Assembly (NCBI GenBank): GCA_963770045.1
Contig: CAVYOD010000022.1
Location: forward strand, 41,173-105,172
Reading direction: 5' to 3'
Source: Candidatus Aminicenantes bacterium
Lineage (GTDB): Bacteria; Acidobacteriota; Aminicenantia; Aminicenantales; CAVYOD01
DNA: 64,000 nt
The position numbers were made by a program, and so were the translations under genes. Positions within the stretch are counted from its first letter, which is position 1, and each line of letters begins with the position of its first letter. Below, one piece after another: positions 27,110 through 36,180 of this stretch. Under the pieces are notes generated by a model. The model worked only from the letters and a program-made list of their open reading frames with translations. It was not told the origin of the DNA and did not search any database.

Positions 27110-27499
27110 ATGCCAAAACTCAACATTAACGATCTCGTAAAACTCAGAGAGCAGGCTAAGAAAACAACCCAGATCCGAGAGGGAGGAGAATACCGGGCCA
27201 AAATCAATGTCCACATGGGCACGTGCGGAATCGCGGCCGGGGCCCGAAACATCATGAGCGCCCTCCTCAAGGAGATCGAAGCGCGTGACGTCCGGGACGT
27301 CCTGCTCACCAATTCCGGCTGCGCCGGCCTCTGCAGCCACGAGCCGATGATCACCGTCGAGATGGCCGGCCGTCCTCCCGTCAAATACATCGACCTGACG
27401 GAAAAAAAGACCAAAGAGATTTTCGAAAAGCACATCCTGGGTGGGACGATCCTAAAAGATTACGCGTTGGGGATCGGCAGCGAAAAGACGGATTATTAA
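27110..27499 (+). CDS. thioredoxin-like [2Fe-2S] ferredoxin
   Basis: Start at ATG 27110 (GGGGGAG RBS). 129 aa. INVHMGTCGIAAGA...SGCAGLCSHEPM. Confidence 0.8.
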   Translation: MPKLNINDLVKLREQAKKTTQIREGGEYRAKINVHMGTCGIAAGARNIMSALLKEIEARDVRDVLLTNSGCAGLCSHEPMITVEMAGRPPVKYIDLTEKKTKEIFEKHILGGTILKDYALGIGSEKTDY

Positions 27500-27506
27500 G
27501 AGGTGT

Positions 27507-29345
27507 TTGAAAATGGCAGAGAAAACTAAAGAGAGAAGCTACAGGCTCCATCTGATGGTCTGCGCCGGGACTGGCTGCGTCTCCAACCACTCCTTTGAAG
27601 TCAAGGGGGCCCTGGAAAAAGAAATCAAGAAGCAGGGCCTGGAGAACGAAGTCCTCGTGGTCACCACCGGCTGCAACGGTTTTTGTGAGCGTGGACCTCT
27701 CCTCGTCGTCCAGCCGGGGAATATTTTTTATCAACAGCTGACGGTCAAAGATGTCCCCCATCTCGTCGAGGAACACTTTCTCAAGGGCCGGCCCGTCGCC
27801 AAATTGATGTACACTCCCCCCGAAGAAAAAAATCCTATCCCTGTTCTCAGCGATATCGATTTTTTCAAAAAACAAGTCTTGATCGCCCTCCGGAACCGCG
27901 GCTTGATAGATCCCGAGAAAATCGAGGATTACATCGCCCGCGATGGTTACAAGGCCATGGCCAAAGCCCTGACCGAGATGATCCCGGAGAAGATCATCAT
28001 GGAGATGACCTTCTCCGGCCTTCGCGGAAGAGGGGGAGCCGGATTCCCCACCGGATTGAAATGGCAGCTCGTCCGGAGCGCCGAGAGCGCCAACGGCGGA
28101 GGCAAATACATCATCTGTAACGGTGATGAAGGAGATCCGGGAGCCTTCATGGACAGAAGCATCCTTGAAGCCGATCCTCATTCGGTCTTGGAGGGGATGG
28201 TCATAGGAGCTAAGGCCATCGGCGCCTCCGAAGGGATCATCTATGTCCGGAATGAGTATCCACTGGCCGTGAAAAGAGTAAATCGGGCAATTGAACAGGC
28301 CAGGGAATATGGCCTCCTGGGAAAAGACATTTTGGGCACAGGCTTTGACTTTGATGTCAGAGTCCACAGGGGAGCCGGAGCTTTTGTCTGCGGAGAGGAA
28401 ACAGCCTTGATCTCGTCTATTGAAGGACGGCTGGGCGAACCCCGACCCCGGCCTCCCTATCCCGCCCAGAGCGGGCTCTTTGGAAAGCCCACCTGTATCA
28501 ACAATGTGGAGACTTGGGCCAATGTCCCGGTGATCATTGACCGCGGCGCCAAATGGTATTCGCGAATTGGAACCGAAACCAGCAAAGGGACAAAAGTCTT
28601 CTCCCTGGTCGGGAAGATCAATAACACCGGTCTGGTCGAGGTTCCCATGGGAATATCCCTGAGGGAAATCATCTATGACATCGGGGGGGGAATTCCGGGA
28701 GGCAAAAAGTTCAAGGCGGTTCAAACCGGCGGGCCATCGGGGGGGTGCATTCCCAAAGAAAAAATCGATTTGCCCATCGACTACGAAAGCTTGAGCCAGG
28801 CGGGTTCGATGATGGGCTCGGGCGGCATGGTCGTCATGGACGAAGACACCTGTATGGTTGATGTGGCGAGATACTTTCTCTCCTTTACCCAGGATGAGTC
28901 TTGCGGGAAATGCACACCCTGCCGTGAAGGGACAAAGGCTATGCTGAGCATTTTGACCCGGATCACCGAGGGGAAGGGCACCGGAGACGACATCGCTCTG
29001 CTGGAAGACCTGGCCCACTCCGTGAAGGACACCGCTCTCTGCGGCTTGGGGAAGACCGCGCCTAACCCGGTCCTGACCACTCTCCAGTATTTCCGGGACG
29101 AATATGAAGCCCATATCAAGGAGAAAAGATGTCCCGCCCATGTCTGCCGTCAGCTCAACGTGTACACGATCAACGCGCAAACCTGCGTCAAGGCGGGCCA
29201 CGGCTGTGATGTCTGCCGCCGCAACTGCGCCTCGGATGCGATCGCGGGCGAAAAAGGCGCTGCCCACAAAATTGACCAGCGTAAGTGCATCAAATGCGGC
29301 GTCTGCTATGATGTCTGCAATTTCGGCGCCGTGAAGGTTGAATAG
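27507..29345 (+). CDS. NuoF/HydB-like NAD(H)-binding flavoprotein with N-terminal [2Fe-2S] and C-terminal 2x[4Fe-4S] domains
   Basis: 612-aa ORF. MVCAGTGCVS..TGCNGFC, GRGGAGFPTGLKW, NGDEGDPGAF, ESCGKCTPCREG, CIKCGVCYDVC. Confidence 0.9.
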   Translation: MKMAEKTKERSYRLHLMVCAGTGCVSNHSFEVKGALEKEIKKQGLENEVLVVTTGCNGFCERGPLLVVQPGNIFYQQLTVKDVPHLVEEHFLKGRPVAKLMYTPPEEKNPIPVLSDIDFFKKQVLIALRNRGLIDPEKIEDYIARDGYKAMAKALTEMIPEKIIMEMTFSGLRGRGGAGFPTGLKWQLVRSAESANGGGKYIICNGDEGDPGAFMDRSILEADPHSVLEGMVIGAKAIGASEGIIYVRNEYPLAVKRVNRAIEQAREYGLLGKDILGTGFDFDVRVHRGAGAFVCGEETALISSIEGRLGEPRPRPPYPAQSGLFGKPTCINNVETWANVPVIIDRGAKWYSRIGTETSKGTKVFSLVGKINNTGLVEVPMGISLREIIYDIGGGIPGGKKFKAVQTGGPSGGCIPKEKIDLPIDYESLSQAGSMMGSGGMVVMDEDTCMVDVARYFLSFTQDESCGKCTPCREGTKAMLSILTRITEGKGTGDDIALLEDLAHSVKDTALCGLGKTAPNPVLTTLQYFRDEYEAHIKEKRCPAHVCRQLNVYTINAQTCVKAGHGCDVCRRNCASDAIAGEKGAAHKIDQRKCIKCGVCYDVCNFGAVKVE

Positions 29346-29356
29346 GAGGGCCAAAA

Positions 29357-31114
29357 ATGATTAACCTGACAGTCGACGGAAAGAAGGTTCAAGTTGAAGA
29401 AGGAGCGACAATCCTCCAAGCGGCCAAGAAGGCCGAGATCCAGATTCCGACACTGTGCTACCATCCTGTCGTCGAAGCCTACGCGGCCTGCCGGGTCTGC
29501 ATGGTGGAGTCTATGGTCAAGGGGAAATCCGAGTTGGTAACAGCCTGCAACACGAAAGTCCAGGAAGGGATGGAAGTCCAGACAAGATCAGAGCGCGCCC
29601 TGCGGGCCCGCCGGCTCAACGTGGAGATGCTCATGGCCCGGGCGCCCGCGGCGGAGCCTGTCCAGAAAATCGCCAGGGAGCTAGGAATCGAAAAGACCAG
29701 GTTTGAAATCAAAGATCCGGAAGAAAAATGCATCCTCTGCGGACTGTGCGTCCGGGCCTGCGAGCAAATCGTCGGAGCCAACGCCATCAGTTTTGTCGAT
29801 CGGGGGACCGACCGGAAGGTCATGCCTCCCTTCGGGGAACAATCCGAAGCCTGCATCGGCTGCACCGCCTGCGCCTATTTCTGTCCGACCGGGGCGATCT
29901 CGGTGGAAGATAAATACGGCCGGAAGGTCATCCACGACGAGCTTCATCTCGGCCCTTCGACAGCCATCCGCGTTCCCATCCGCCAGGCTGTTCCGATGGT
30001 CCCGTTTATTGACAAGGATGCCTGTATCCACTTCAAAACCGGGGAATGCAAAGTCTGCGAGAAGGTCTGCGACCGGCTGGCCATTGACCACAAGATGGAG
30101 GACAAGGAGATCGAGATCGAGGTCGGCACCATCATCCTGGCCTCGGGTTTCAAACCTTTTGATGCCAAGAGGATTCCCGCGTACGGCTACGGGAGGTACG
30201 ATAATATCCTCACAGCGATGGACTTTGAAAGGCTGGTCAATGCCTCGAGCCCGACCGGCGGAAAAATTCTCATGACCAACGGGGAAGAACCAAAATCGGT
30301 CGGCATCATCCACTGTGTCGGCTCCCGTGACGAAAATTACAACGAATATTGTTCCCGGGTCTGCTGCATGTATTCTCTCAAGTTCGCCCATCTGCTGCGA
30401 GAAAAAACCAAGGCCGATATCTATGATTTCTATATTGATATGCGCTGTTTCGGCAAGGGCTACGAAGAGTTCTACCACCGCCTTCTCGAGGAAGGAACAA
30501 AGTTCATCAGGGGGAGGGTCTCGGAGATCTCAAGTATCGCCCTGACGGCTCGGGAGGAAGGGAAACTCATCATCCGGGTAGAGGACACTCTCCTGGGAGC
30601 AGTCAGGAGAATCCCGGTGGACATGGCCATCCTGAGTGTGGGGCTGGAGCCCGGACTGGATCACAATCAACTGGCTAGGACTTTCAACATTTCCTGCAGC
30701 CAGGACACCTTCTTCCTGGAACGGCACCCCAAGCTCGCTCCGGTCTCGACATTTTCAGACGGCATTTTCCTTGCGGGGACCTGTCAGGGACCGAAAGATA
30801 TTCCGGATAGCGTCGCTCAAGCCGGGGCAGCGGCTTCGGAGGCCATGGCCCTGGCCGATAAAGGCACGGTCGAGCTAGAACCGGTGACGGCCTCGATCGA
30901 TGAGGAGCTCTGTTCGGGCTGCCAGCTCTGCGTCGGCCTCTGCCCCTTCACGGCCATCACGTTCGACAAGGAAAAAGAGATCTCGGCTATCAACGACGTT
31001 CTCTGCAAGGGCTGTGGAACCTGTGTCGCCGCCTGCCCGAGCGGGGCTTCCGCCCAGAAGCACTTCAGAGATGAGCAAATCTTCGCCGAAATCGAGGGGA
31101 TCCTTGTCGTTTAG
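29357..31114 (+). CDS. fusion protein: NuoG/HydA-N-terminal-like [2Fe-2S] + 2x[4Fe-4S] module joined to the C-terminal two-thirds of HdrA
   Basis: 585-aa ORF. N-part LTVDGKKVQV..IPTLCYHP..CRVCMVE, CILCGLCVRAC, CIGCTACAYFCP. HdrA part AIRVPIRQAVPMVPFIDKDACIHFKTGECKVCEKVC, HCVGSRD..YCSRVCCMYSLK, LAGTCQGPKDIPDS, C-terminal CSGCQLCVGLCP/CKGCGTCVAACP. Confidence 0.8.
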   Translation: MINLTVDGKKVQVEEGATILQAAKKAEIQIPTLCYHPVVEAYAACRVCMVESMVKGKSELVTACNTKVQEGMEVQTRSERALRARRLNVEMLMARAPAAEPVQKIARELGIEKTRFEIKDPEEKCILCGLCVRACEQIVGANAISFVDRGTDRKVMPPFGEQSEACIGCTACAYFCPTGAISVEDKYGRKVIHDELHLGPSTAIRVPIRQAVPMVPFIDKDACIHFKTGECKVCEKVCDRLAIDHKMEDKEIEIEVGTIILASGFKPFDAKRIPAYGYGRYDNILTAMDFERLVNASSPTGGKILMTNGEEPKSVGIIHCVGSRDENYNEYCSRVCCMYSLKFAHLLREKTKADIYDFYIDMRCFGKGYEEFYHRLLEEGTKFIRGRVSEISSIALTAREEGKLIIRVEDTLLGAVRRIPVDMAILSVGLEPGLDHNQLARTFNISCSQDTFFLERHPKLAPVSTFSDGIFLAGTCQGPKDIPDSVAQAGAAASEAMALADKGTVELEPVTASIDEELCSGCQLCVGLCPFTAITFDKEKEISAINDVLCKGCGTCVAACPSGASAQKHFRDEQIFAEIEGILVV

Positions 31115-31124
31115 GAAGAAACGA

Positions 31125-31172
31125 GGGGACGGTTGTCTTCTGGGATGTGAGGGGAGAGCCGTCCCCTTTTTT
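31125..31172 (+). terminator. intrinsic-terminator-like hairpin after the HdrA-C fusion gene
   Basis: AGGGGACGG...CCGTCCCCT stem (9 bp, long loop) followed by TTTTTT. Confidence 0.5.
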
Positions 31173-31180
31173 GAAAAAGA

Positions 31181-31209
31181 TAGAAAATTGTCGTTGACTT
31201 GGATATAAT
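31181..31209 (+). promoter_or_regulatory. promoter candidate upstream of mvhD
   Basis: TAGAAA-17 nt-TATAAT (perfect -10), about 50 nt before the mvhD ATG. Confidence 0.4.
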
Positions 31210-31259
31210 ATGACGTTTTATGGACGATCGGCCAATTCAAATCAGGAGGGATTTATAAG

Positions 31260-31706
31260 ATGAGCAATGGACCGTTTGAACCCAAGCTTGTTGGGTTCTT
31301 ATGCAACTGGTGCTCTTATACCGGCGCCGACCTTGCCGGAACAGCGAGAATGACCTATGCCCCCAACCTCCGCATCATCCGGGTCATGTGCAGCGGGCGC
31401 GTCGATCCTCAATTCGTCTTAAAAGCGTTCGCTGAGGGTGCTGACGGGGTGCTCATCTCCGGCTGCCATCCCGGAGACTGCCACTACCAAGAAGGGAATT
31501 ATAAAGCCTTGCGAAGAGCGAAACTCCTTTCCCGGGTGCTGCAGGAATTCGGCATCGAAAAGGAAAGATTTAGGCTGGAATGGGTTTCCGCTTCGGAGGG
31601 AGTCAAGTTCCAGCATGTCGTCAACGAGTTCACTGCGCAGGTCAAGAAACTGGGGCCGTTGGGTTTCAAAGCGAACGGAGGCAAGCATGAGTCAAGCCAA
31701 GCCTAA
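31260..31706 (+). CDS. mvhD: MvhD-type hydrogenase iron-sulfur subunit
   Basis: 148-aa [18 protein letters not shown]...[10 protein letters not shown]...GCHPGDCHY. Confidence 0.88.
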   Translation: MSNGPFEPKLVGFLCNWCSYTGADLAGTARMTYAPNLRIIRVMCSGRVDPQFVLKAFAEGADGVLISGCHPGDCHYQEGNYKALRRAKLLSRVLQEFGIEKERFRLEWVSASEGVKFQHVVNEFTAQVKKLGPLGFKANGGKHESSQA

Positions 31707-32667
31707 GGTGGCCTTTTACTGGTGTTCATCCTGCGGAGGATGCGAAGAATCCATCGTCGACCTAGCCGCGGACATTTTGAAAGTCGTCGCCGCGGTCGAC
31801 ATCGTCTTCTGGCCGGTCGCGTTGGATTTCAAGAAAAAGGATGTGGAGGCCATGCCCGACGGCTCGATCGCCGTGAGCTTCATCAACGGCGCTGTCCGGA
31901 CCTCAGAGCAGGAAGAGATGGCCCATCTGATGAGGAAAAAATCGCAGCTCGTCGTCGCGCACGGCGCTTGCGCTCATCTGGGCGGAATCCCCGGACTGGC
32001 CAACTTCTGGAACAAAGAGACGATCTTCCGAAAAGTCTATCACACAACCGTCTCCACGGACAACCCCAACAAGACCGTCCCTCAAGAGAAGAGCATGGTT
32101 GACAATTACGAATTAACTCTGCCCCGATTCTGGGACACGGTTTATCCCCTGGACAAGATCATCGATGTGGATTACTACCTGCCCGGGTGCGCGCCTCACC
32201 GTGATCTCATCATCAACGCCGTCAATGCCATTCTCGAAGGAAAGCTTCCGCCCAAGGGTGCCGTTCTCGCTCCGAATAAATCCTGCTGTGATGATTGCGA
32301 GAGGAACAAAACTAAGCCGGAAAAGCTCTCGATCAAGGAAGTCAAACGCCCCTACGAAATCCAGCTCGACCCGGAAAAGTGCTTCCTGGCCCAGGGGGTC
32401 ATCTGCATGGGCCCGGCCACCCGCGGCGGATGCGGCGAACGCTGCATCGAGGGCAACATGCCGTGCCGCGGCTGCATGGGGCCGACCGACCAGGTCTATG
32501 ACCAAGGGGCGAAATTCCTCTCCGCCTTTGCTTCCATCCTGGATACCAACGATGAGAAGGAAATCGAAAAAATCGTCTCGACGATCGTCGACCCTGCCGG
32601 GACCTTTTATCGTTTCAGCCTGCCCTCATCGATTCTCAGACGCAAAAGACTGGAGGCCGTAAGATGA
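31687..32667 (+). CDS. mvhG: Mvh-type (F420-non-reducing) [NiFe]-hydrogenase small subunit
   Basis: Start at ATG 31687 (GGAGG RBS; overlaps the mvhD end). [34 protein letters not shown], medial/distal cluster Cys motifs. Confidence 0.85.
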   Translation: MSQAKPKVAFYWCSSCGGCEESIVDLAADILKVVAAVDIVFWPVALDFKKKDVEAMPDGSIAVSFINGAVRTSEQEEMAHLMRKKSQLVVAHGACAHLGGIPGLANFWNKETIFRKVYHTTVSTDNPNKTVPQEKSMVDNYELTLPRFWDTVYPLDKIIDVDYYLPGCAPHRDLIINAVNAILEGKLPPKGAVLAPNKSCCDDCERNKTKPEKLSIKEVKRPYEIQLDPEKCFLAQGVICMGPATRGGCGERCIEGNMPCRGCMGPTDQVYDQGAKFLSAFASILDTNDEKEIEKIVSTIVDPAGTFYRFSLPSSILRRKRLEAVR

Positions 32668-34124
32668 CCCAAAGAATAACCATCGATCCAATCACCAGGC
32701 TTGAAGGCCATGGAAAAATCGAGATCTTCTTAAACGACAAGGGCGACGTGGACCGGGCTATTCTCCAGGTCCCCGAGCTGAGGGGCTTTGAGCAGTTCGC
32801 CGTGGGACGGCCGGTGGAAGAAATGCCCCGGATCACTCCCCGCATCTGCGGAGTTTGTCCCATGGCCCACCACATGGCCGGAACCAAGGCCGTGGACGCC
32901 GTCTTTCACGTCGAACCGACACCCACCGCCCGGAAAATCCGGGAGCTGGTCTACAATGCCTTCACCATGGAGGACCACACCCTCCACTTTTTCTTCCTCG
33001 GCGGCCCGGATTTTGTCGTCGGGCCGCAGGCTCCGGCTGCTGATCGGAATATCCTGGGCGTTATCGGCAAGGTCGGGCTTGAGATCGGAGGCCGGGTCAT
33101 CCACATCCGCGAAGCGGTCCGGGAGATCATGGTCCACCTTGGCGGCAAGGCCATCCATCCGGTCCTGGGGCTGCCGGGCGGCGTCTCCAAGGCTTTGGAC
33201 GAAGAGCACAGGGTCAAGTTCCTGGAGACGGCCAAGGATGCCGTGGAGTTCGCTGAATTCGCCCTCCAGATCTTTGACGACGTCGTCCTCAAAAACAAAA
33301 CCTACGTCGATATCGTTGTCGGCGACGCTTATAAGATCAAGACCTACTACATGGGGATGGTCACGGACAAAAACCAGGTCGAATTCTATGACGGGGACAT
33401 CAAGGTTGTCGACCCAGAGGGAAAGGACTTCGCCCGTTTCAAGGCAAGCCAGTATCTCGAGCATATCGCCGAGCACGTCGAGCCCTGGACCTATGTCAAA
33501 TTCCCCTTCCTGAAGAAAGTCGGCTGGAAGGGCTTTGTCGAGGGGAAGGACAGCGGAGTTTACCGGGTAGCTCCGCTCGCCCGTCTCAATGTCGCCGACG
33601 GAATGCAGACCCCCCGGGCGCAAAAGCACTACGAGCGGATGTACGCTACCCTGGGCGGAAAGCCCGTCCACAACACCCTGGCCTTCCACTGGGCTCGCTT
33701 GATCGAGGCCCTCCAGGCCGCTGAGAAGATGGTCCAGCTTCTGGAAGACAAGTCCATTACCGGCAAAGATATCCGCACGATCCCGACCCAGACCCCGACC
33801 GAAGGGGTGGGTATCGTCGAAGCTCCCCGCGGCCTGCTGATTCACCACTACAAGACCGATGAGAAGGGGATCGTCACCGACGCCAACTTGATCGTGGCCA
33901 CGATCGGAAACGCAGCGGCCATCAACATGTCGATCGAGAAGGCGGCCAAGACGTTCATCAAGGGCGGGATCGTGTCCGAGGGACTCCTGAACATGGCCGA
34001 AATGGCCTTCCGTCCCTATGATCCCTGCCACGGCTGCGGGACTCATTCACTGCCCGGGGAAATGCCGCTGATCATCAATATCTACGACAAAGACAGAGAG
34101 CTGGTGAAGCAGCTCAAGCGATAA
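32664..34124 (+). CDS. mvhA: Mvh-type [NiFe]-hydrogenase large subunit
   Basis: 486-aa ORF. RLEGHG, N-terminal Ni-ligand motif PRICGVCPMAHH and C-terminal DPCHGCGTH followed by a 25-aa tail. Confidence 0.9.
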   Translation: MTQRITIDPITRLEGHGKIEIFLNDKGDVDRAILQVPELRGFEQFAVGRPVEEMPRITPRICGVCPMAHHMAGTKAVDAVFHVEPTPTARKIRELVYNAFTMEDHTLHFFFLGGPDFVVGPQAPAADRNILGVIGKVGLEIGGRVIHIREAVREIMVHLGGKAIHPVLGLPGGVSKALDEEHRVKFLETAKDAVEFAEFALQIFDDVVLKNKTYVDIVVGDAYKIKTYYMGMVTDKNQVEFYDGDIKVVDPEGKDFARFKASQYLEHIAEHVEPWTYVKFPFLKKVGWKGFVEGKDSGVYRVAPLARLNVADGMQTPRAQKHYERMYATLGGKPVHNTLAFHWARLIEALQAAEKMVQLLEDKSITGKDIRTIPTQTPTEGVGIVEAPRGLLIHHYKTDEKGIVTDANLIVATIGNAAAINMSIEKAAKTFIKGGIVSEGLLNMAEMAFRPYDPCHGCGTHSLPGEMPLIINIYDKDRELVKQLKR

Positions 34125-34194
34125 GCAATACAGAAGCTATTCCGATGGTCTCCCTTTTCCGCCCCGCACAAGGCGGGCAAAAGGGAGGAGCGGT

Positions 34195-36180
34195 ATGAAA
34201 TCTCCGAGTTTGTCTTTACGAACGAAGCTCATCCTCAGTTTTCTTGTGGTCATCACGATCGGCGGACTTATTTCTCTCTTTTTCGGTTCCCGCCTGACCA
34301 GAGAGACCTTGATTTCGCAGGCCCAGATCAAAGTCAAACACGATCTCTCCTCGGCCTGGCTGGTTTTTAACGAAAAACTCAGCAGCATCAGGCAGGTCGT
34401 CAGCCTGACCGCCGCCCGGGAAAGCCTGCGGGAGTTGCTCAAGAACGGGCAGACGGAAACTCTTTATCGCTACCTCAAACGGGTCCGAGAGGAATCCGGG
34501 CTGGACATCCTGACGGTTACGGATGCCTCGGGCCGGGTTATCATGAGGACCAGAAACCCACAATCGTCCGGCGACAGCGAAGCCCGGGACGAACTGGTTC
34601 AGAAGGCACTCGGCAAAGGCCTTTACGCCGGGCCGGAAATTGTCCCCCGGGACGAGCTCCTTAAAGAGGGAGAGGCTTTGGCGGATCAGGCCCTCATGAA
34701 CATCGTCCCGACGGCCAAGGCGGCTCCACGCGGCGAAAACAGAGAAACGAGTGGACTGATGCTCAAAGCCGCTGCTTCCGTGACCGACGATGAGAACAGG
34801 TTGCTCGGAGTGCTCTATGGCGGCATTCTGGTCAACAGAAACTACGAGATCGTGGACAGGATCAAAGAGCTCGTCTTTAAGGGAGAAAAGTACAAGGGGA
34901 GGGAGACCGGGACTGCCACCATTTTCCAGAATGACCTCCGCATCTCAACGAATGTCAAAAACGAAAGAGGTGAACGGGCCGTCGGGACACTCGTTTCCAA
35001 CCTGGTCAAAAAGGCCGTTCTGGACGAGGGAATTCCCTGGATCGACCGGGCCTTTGTCGTCAACGACTGGTATATCACCGCCTACGAACCGATCAAAAAC
35101 ATCTCCGGCAAGATCATCGGCATTCTCTACGTCGGAATGCTGGAAAAGCCCTACCTGGACGCGGCCAACCGGCTGATGCTGACTTTTACCGTCCTGGCCG
35201 TTTTATGTGTCCTTTTCCTCCTTGTGATATTGTACTTTTCCACGGCACGGATCATCAAACCGCTTGAAAAAATGGCTGTCGCCACTCAGGAGATCGCCAA
35301 AGGAGACCTTTCGCACAAAGTCGAGATCGATTCCAAGGATGAGATCGGGCGGCTGGCCGATTCTTTCAATCAAATGACCGAGCATCTTCGGGAAGCAAAC
35401 AAAGAACTTATCGAATGGGGCACCACGCTGGAAAAAAAGGTCGACGAACGGACCAAAGAACTCGTGGAAATACAGGGACACTTGATCCAATCGGAAAAAC
35501 TCGCCTCTCTTGGCAAACTGGCCGCCGGCATCGCCCACGAAATCAACAATCCGCTGGGAGGCATCCTGATTTACAGCTACCTTATTCTGGAGGAGACTCC
35601 CAAAGACAACCCGCACTATGACAATCTTAAGAAGATCGTCAAAGAAACGACCCGTTGCAAAGACATCGTCAAGGGCCTGCTCGAATTCGCCCGCCCCAAG
35701 GAGCCGGAGATGTCCCTGACGGATATCAATGACGTCATCGAACGATCTCTTTCCATCGTCGAGCGCCAGGTGCTCTTCCAGAACATCACCATCAAAAAGG
35801 AATACTCCCGCGGCCTGCCCAGGACGATCGCCGATGGCGCTCAGCTCCAGCAGGTTTTTATCAACATGATCATCAACGCCGCTGAGGCCATGAAGGGAAA
35901 CGGAGCCCTCACGATCAAGTCTTCTCTCGAGCAGGACAAGCAATATTTGGCCATCGAATTCACTGACACGGGACACGGGATCAGAGAAGAAGACAAGAAG
36001 CGGCTCTTTGAGCCTTTTTTTACCACGAAGGAGGTGGGCAAAGGCACCGGTTTGGGCCTGGCGATCAGCTATGGCATCATCCAGAAACATAATGGCGCCA
36101 TCATTGTTTCCAGTCAGGTGGGAAAGGGCACGACCTTTAAGGTCAGATTGCCTGTGCGGAAAGAAGTCCAGCATGGTTGA
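34195..36180 (+). CDS. sensor histidine kinase (two TM segments, extracytoplasmic Cache-like domain, HAMP, HisKA, HATPase)
   Basis: 661-aa ORF. TM segments LILSFLVVITIGGLISLFF and LTFTVLAVLCVLFLLVILYF. H-box AAGIAHEINNPLGG. ATPase boxes INMIINAAEAM, DTGHGI, GTGLGLAIS. Confidence 0.88.
   Translation: MKSPSLSLRTKLILSFLVVITIGGLISLFFGSRLTRETLISQAQIKVKHDLSSAWLVFNEKLSSIRQVVSLTAARESLRELLKNGQTETLYRYLKRVREESGLDILTVTDASGRVIMRTRNPQSSGDSEARDELVQKALGKGLYAGPEIVPRDELLKEGEALADQALMNIVPTAKAAPRGENRETSGLMLKAAASVTDDENRLLGVLYGGILVNRNYEIVDRIKELVFKGEKYKGRETGTATIFQNDLRISTNVKNERGERAVGTLVSNLVKKAVLDEGIPWIDRAFVVNDWYITAYEPIKNISGKIIGILYVGMLEKPYLDAANRLMLTFTVLAVLCVLFLLVILYFSTARIIKPLEKMAVATQEIAKGDLSHKVEIDSKDEIGRLADSFNQMTEHLREANKELIEWGTTLEKKVDERTKELVEIQGHLIQSEKLASLGKLAAGIAHEINNPLGGILIYSYLILEETPKDNPHYDNLKKIVKETTRCKDIVKGLLEFARPKEPEMSLTDINDVIERSLSIVERQVLFQNITIKKEYSRGLPRTIADGAQLQQVFINMIINAAEAMKGNGALTIKSSLEQDKQYLAIEFTDTGHGIREEDKKRLFEPFFTTKEVGKGTGLGLAISYGIIQKHNGAIIVSSQVGKGTTFKVRLPVRKEVQHG

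Noticed and set aside
27381-29354. 657-aa ORF on the minus strand
   Set aside because: It lies exactly antisense to the NuoF-like gene, whose translation has clear FMN, NADH and Fe-S motifs. The antisense product is low-complexity (G/D/A/R-rich) with no recognisable motif. It is a shadow ORF typical of GC-rich coding DNA.
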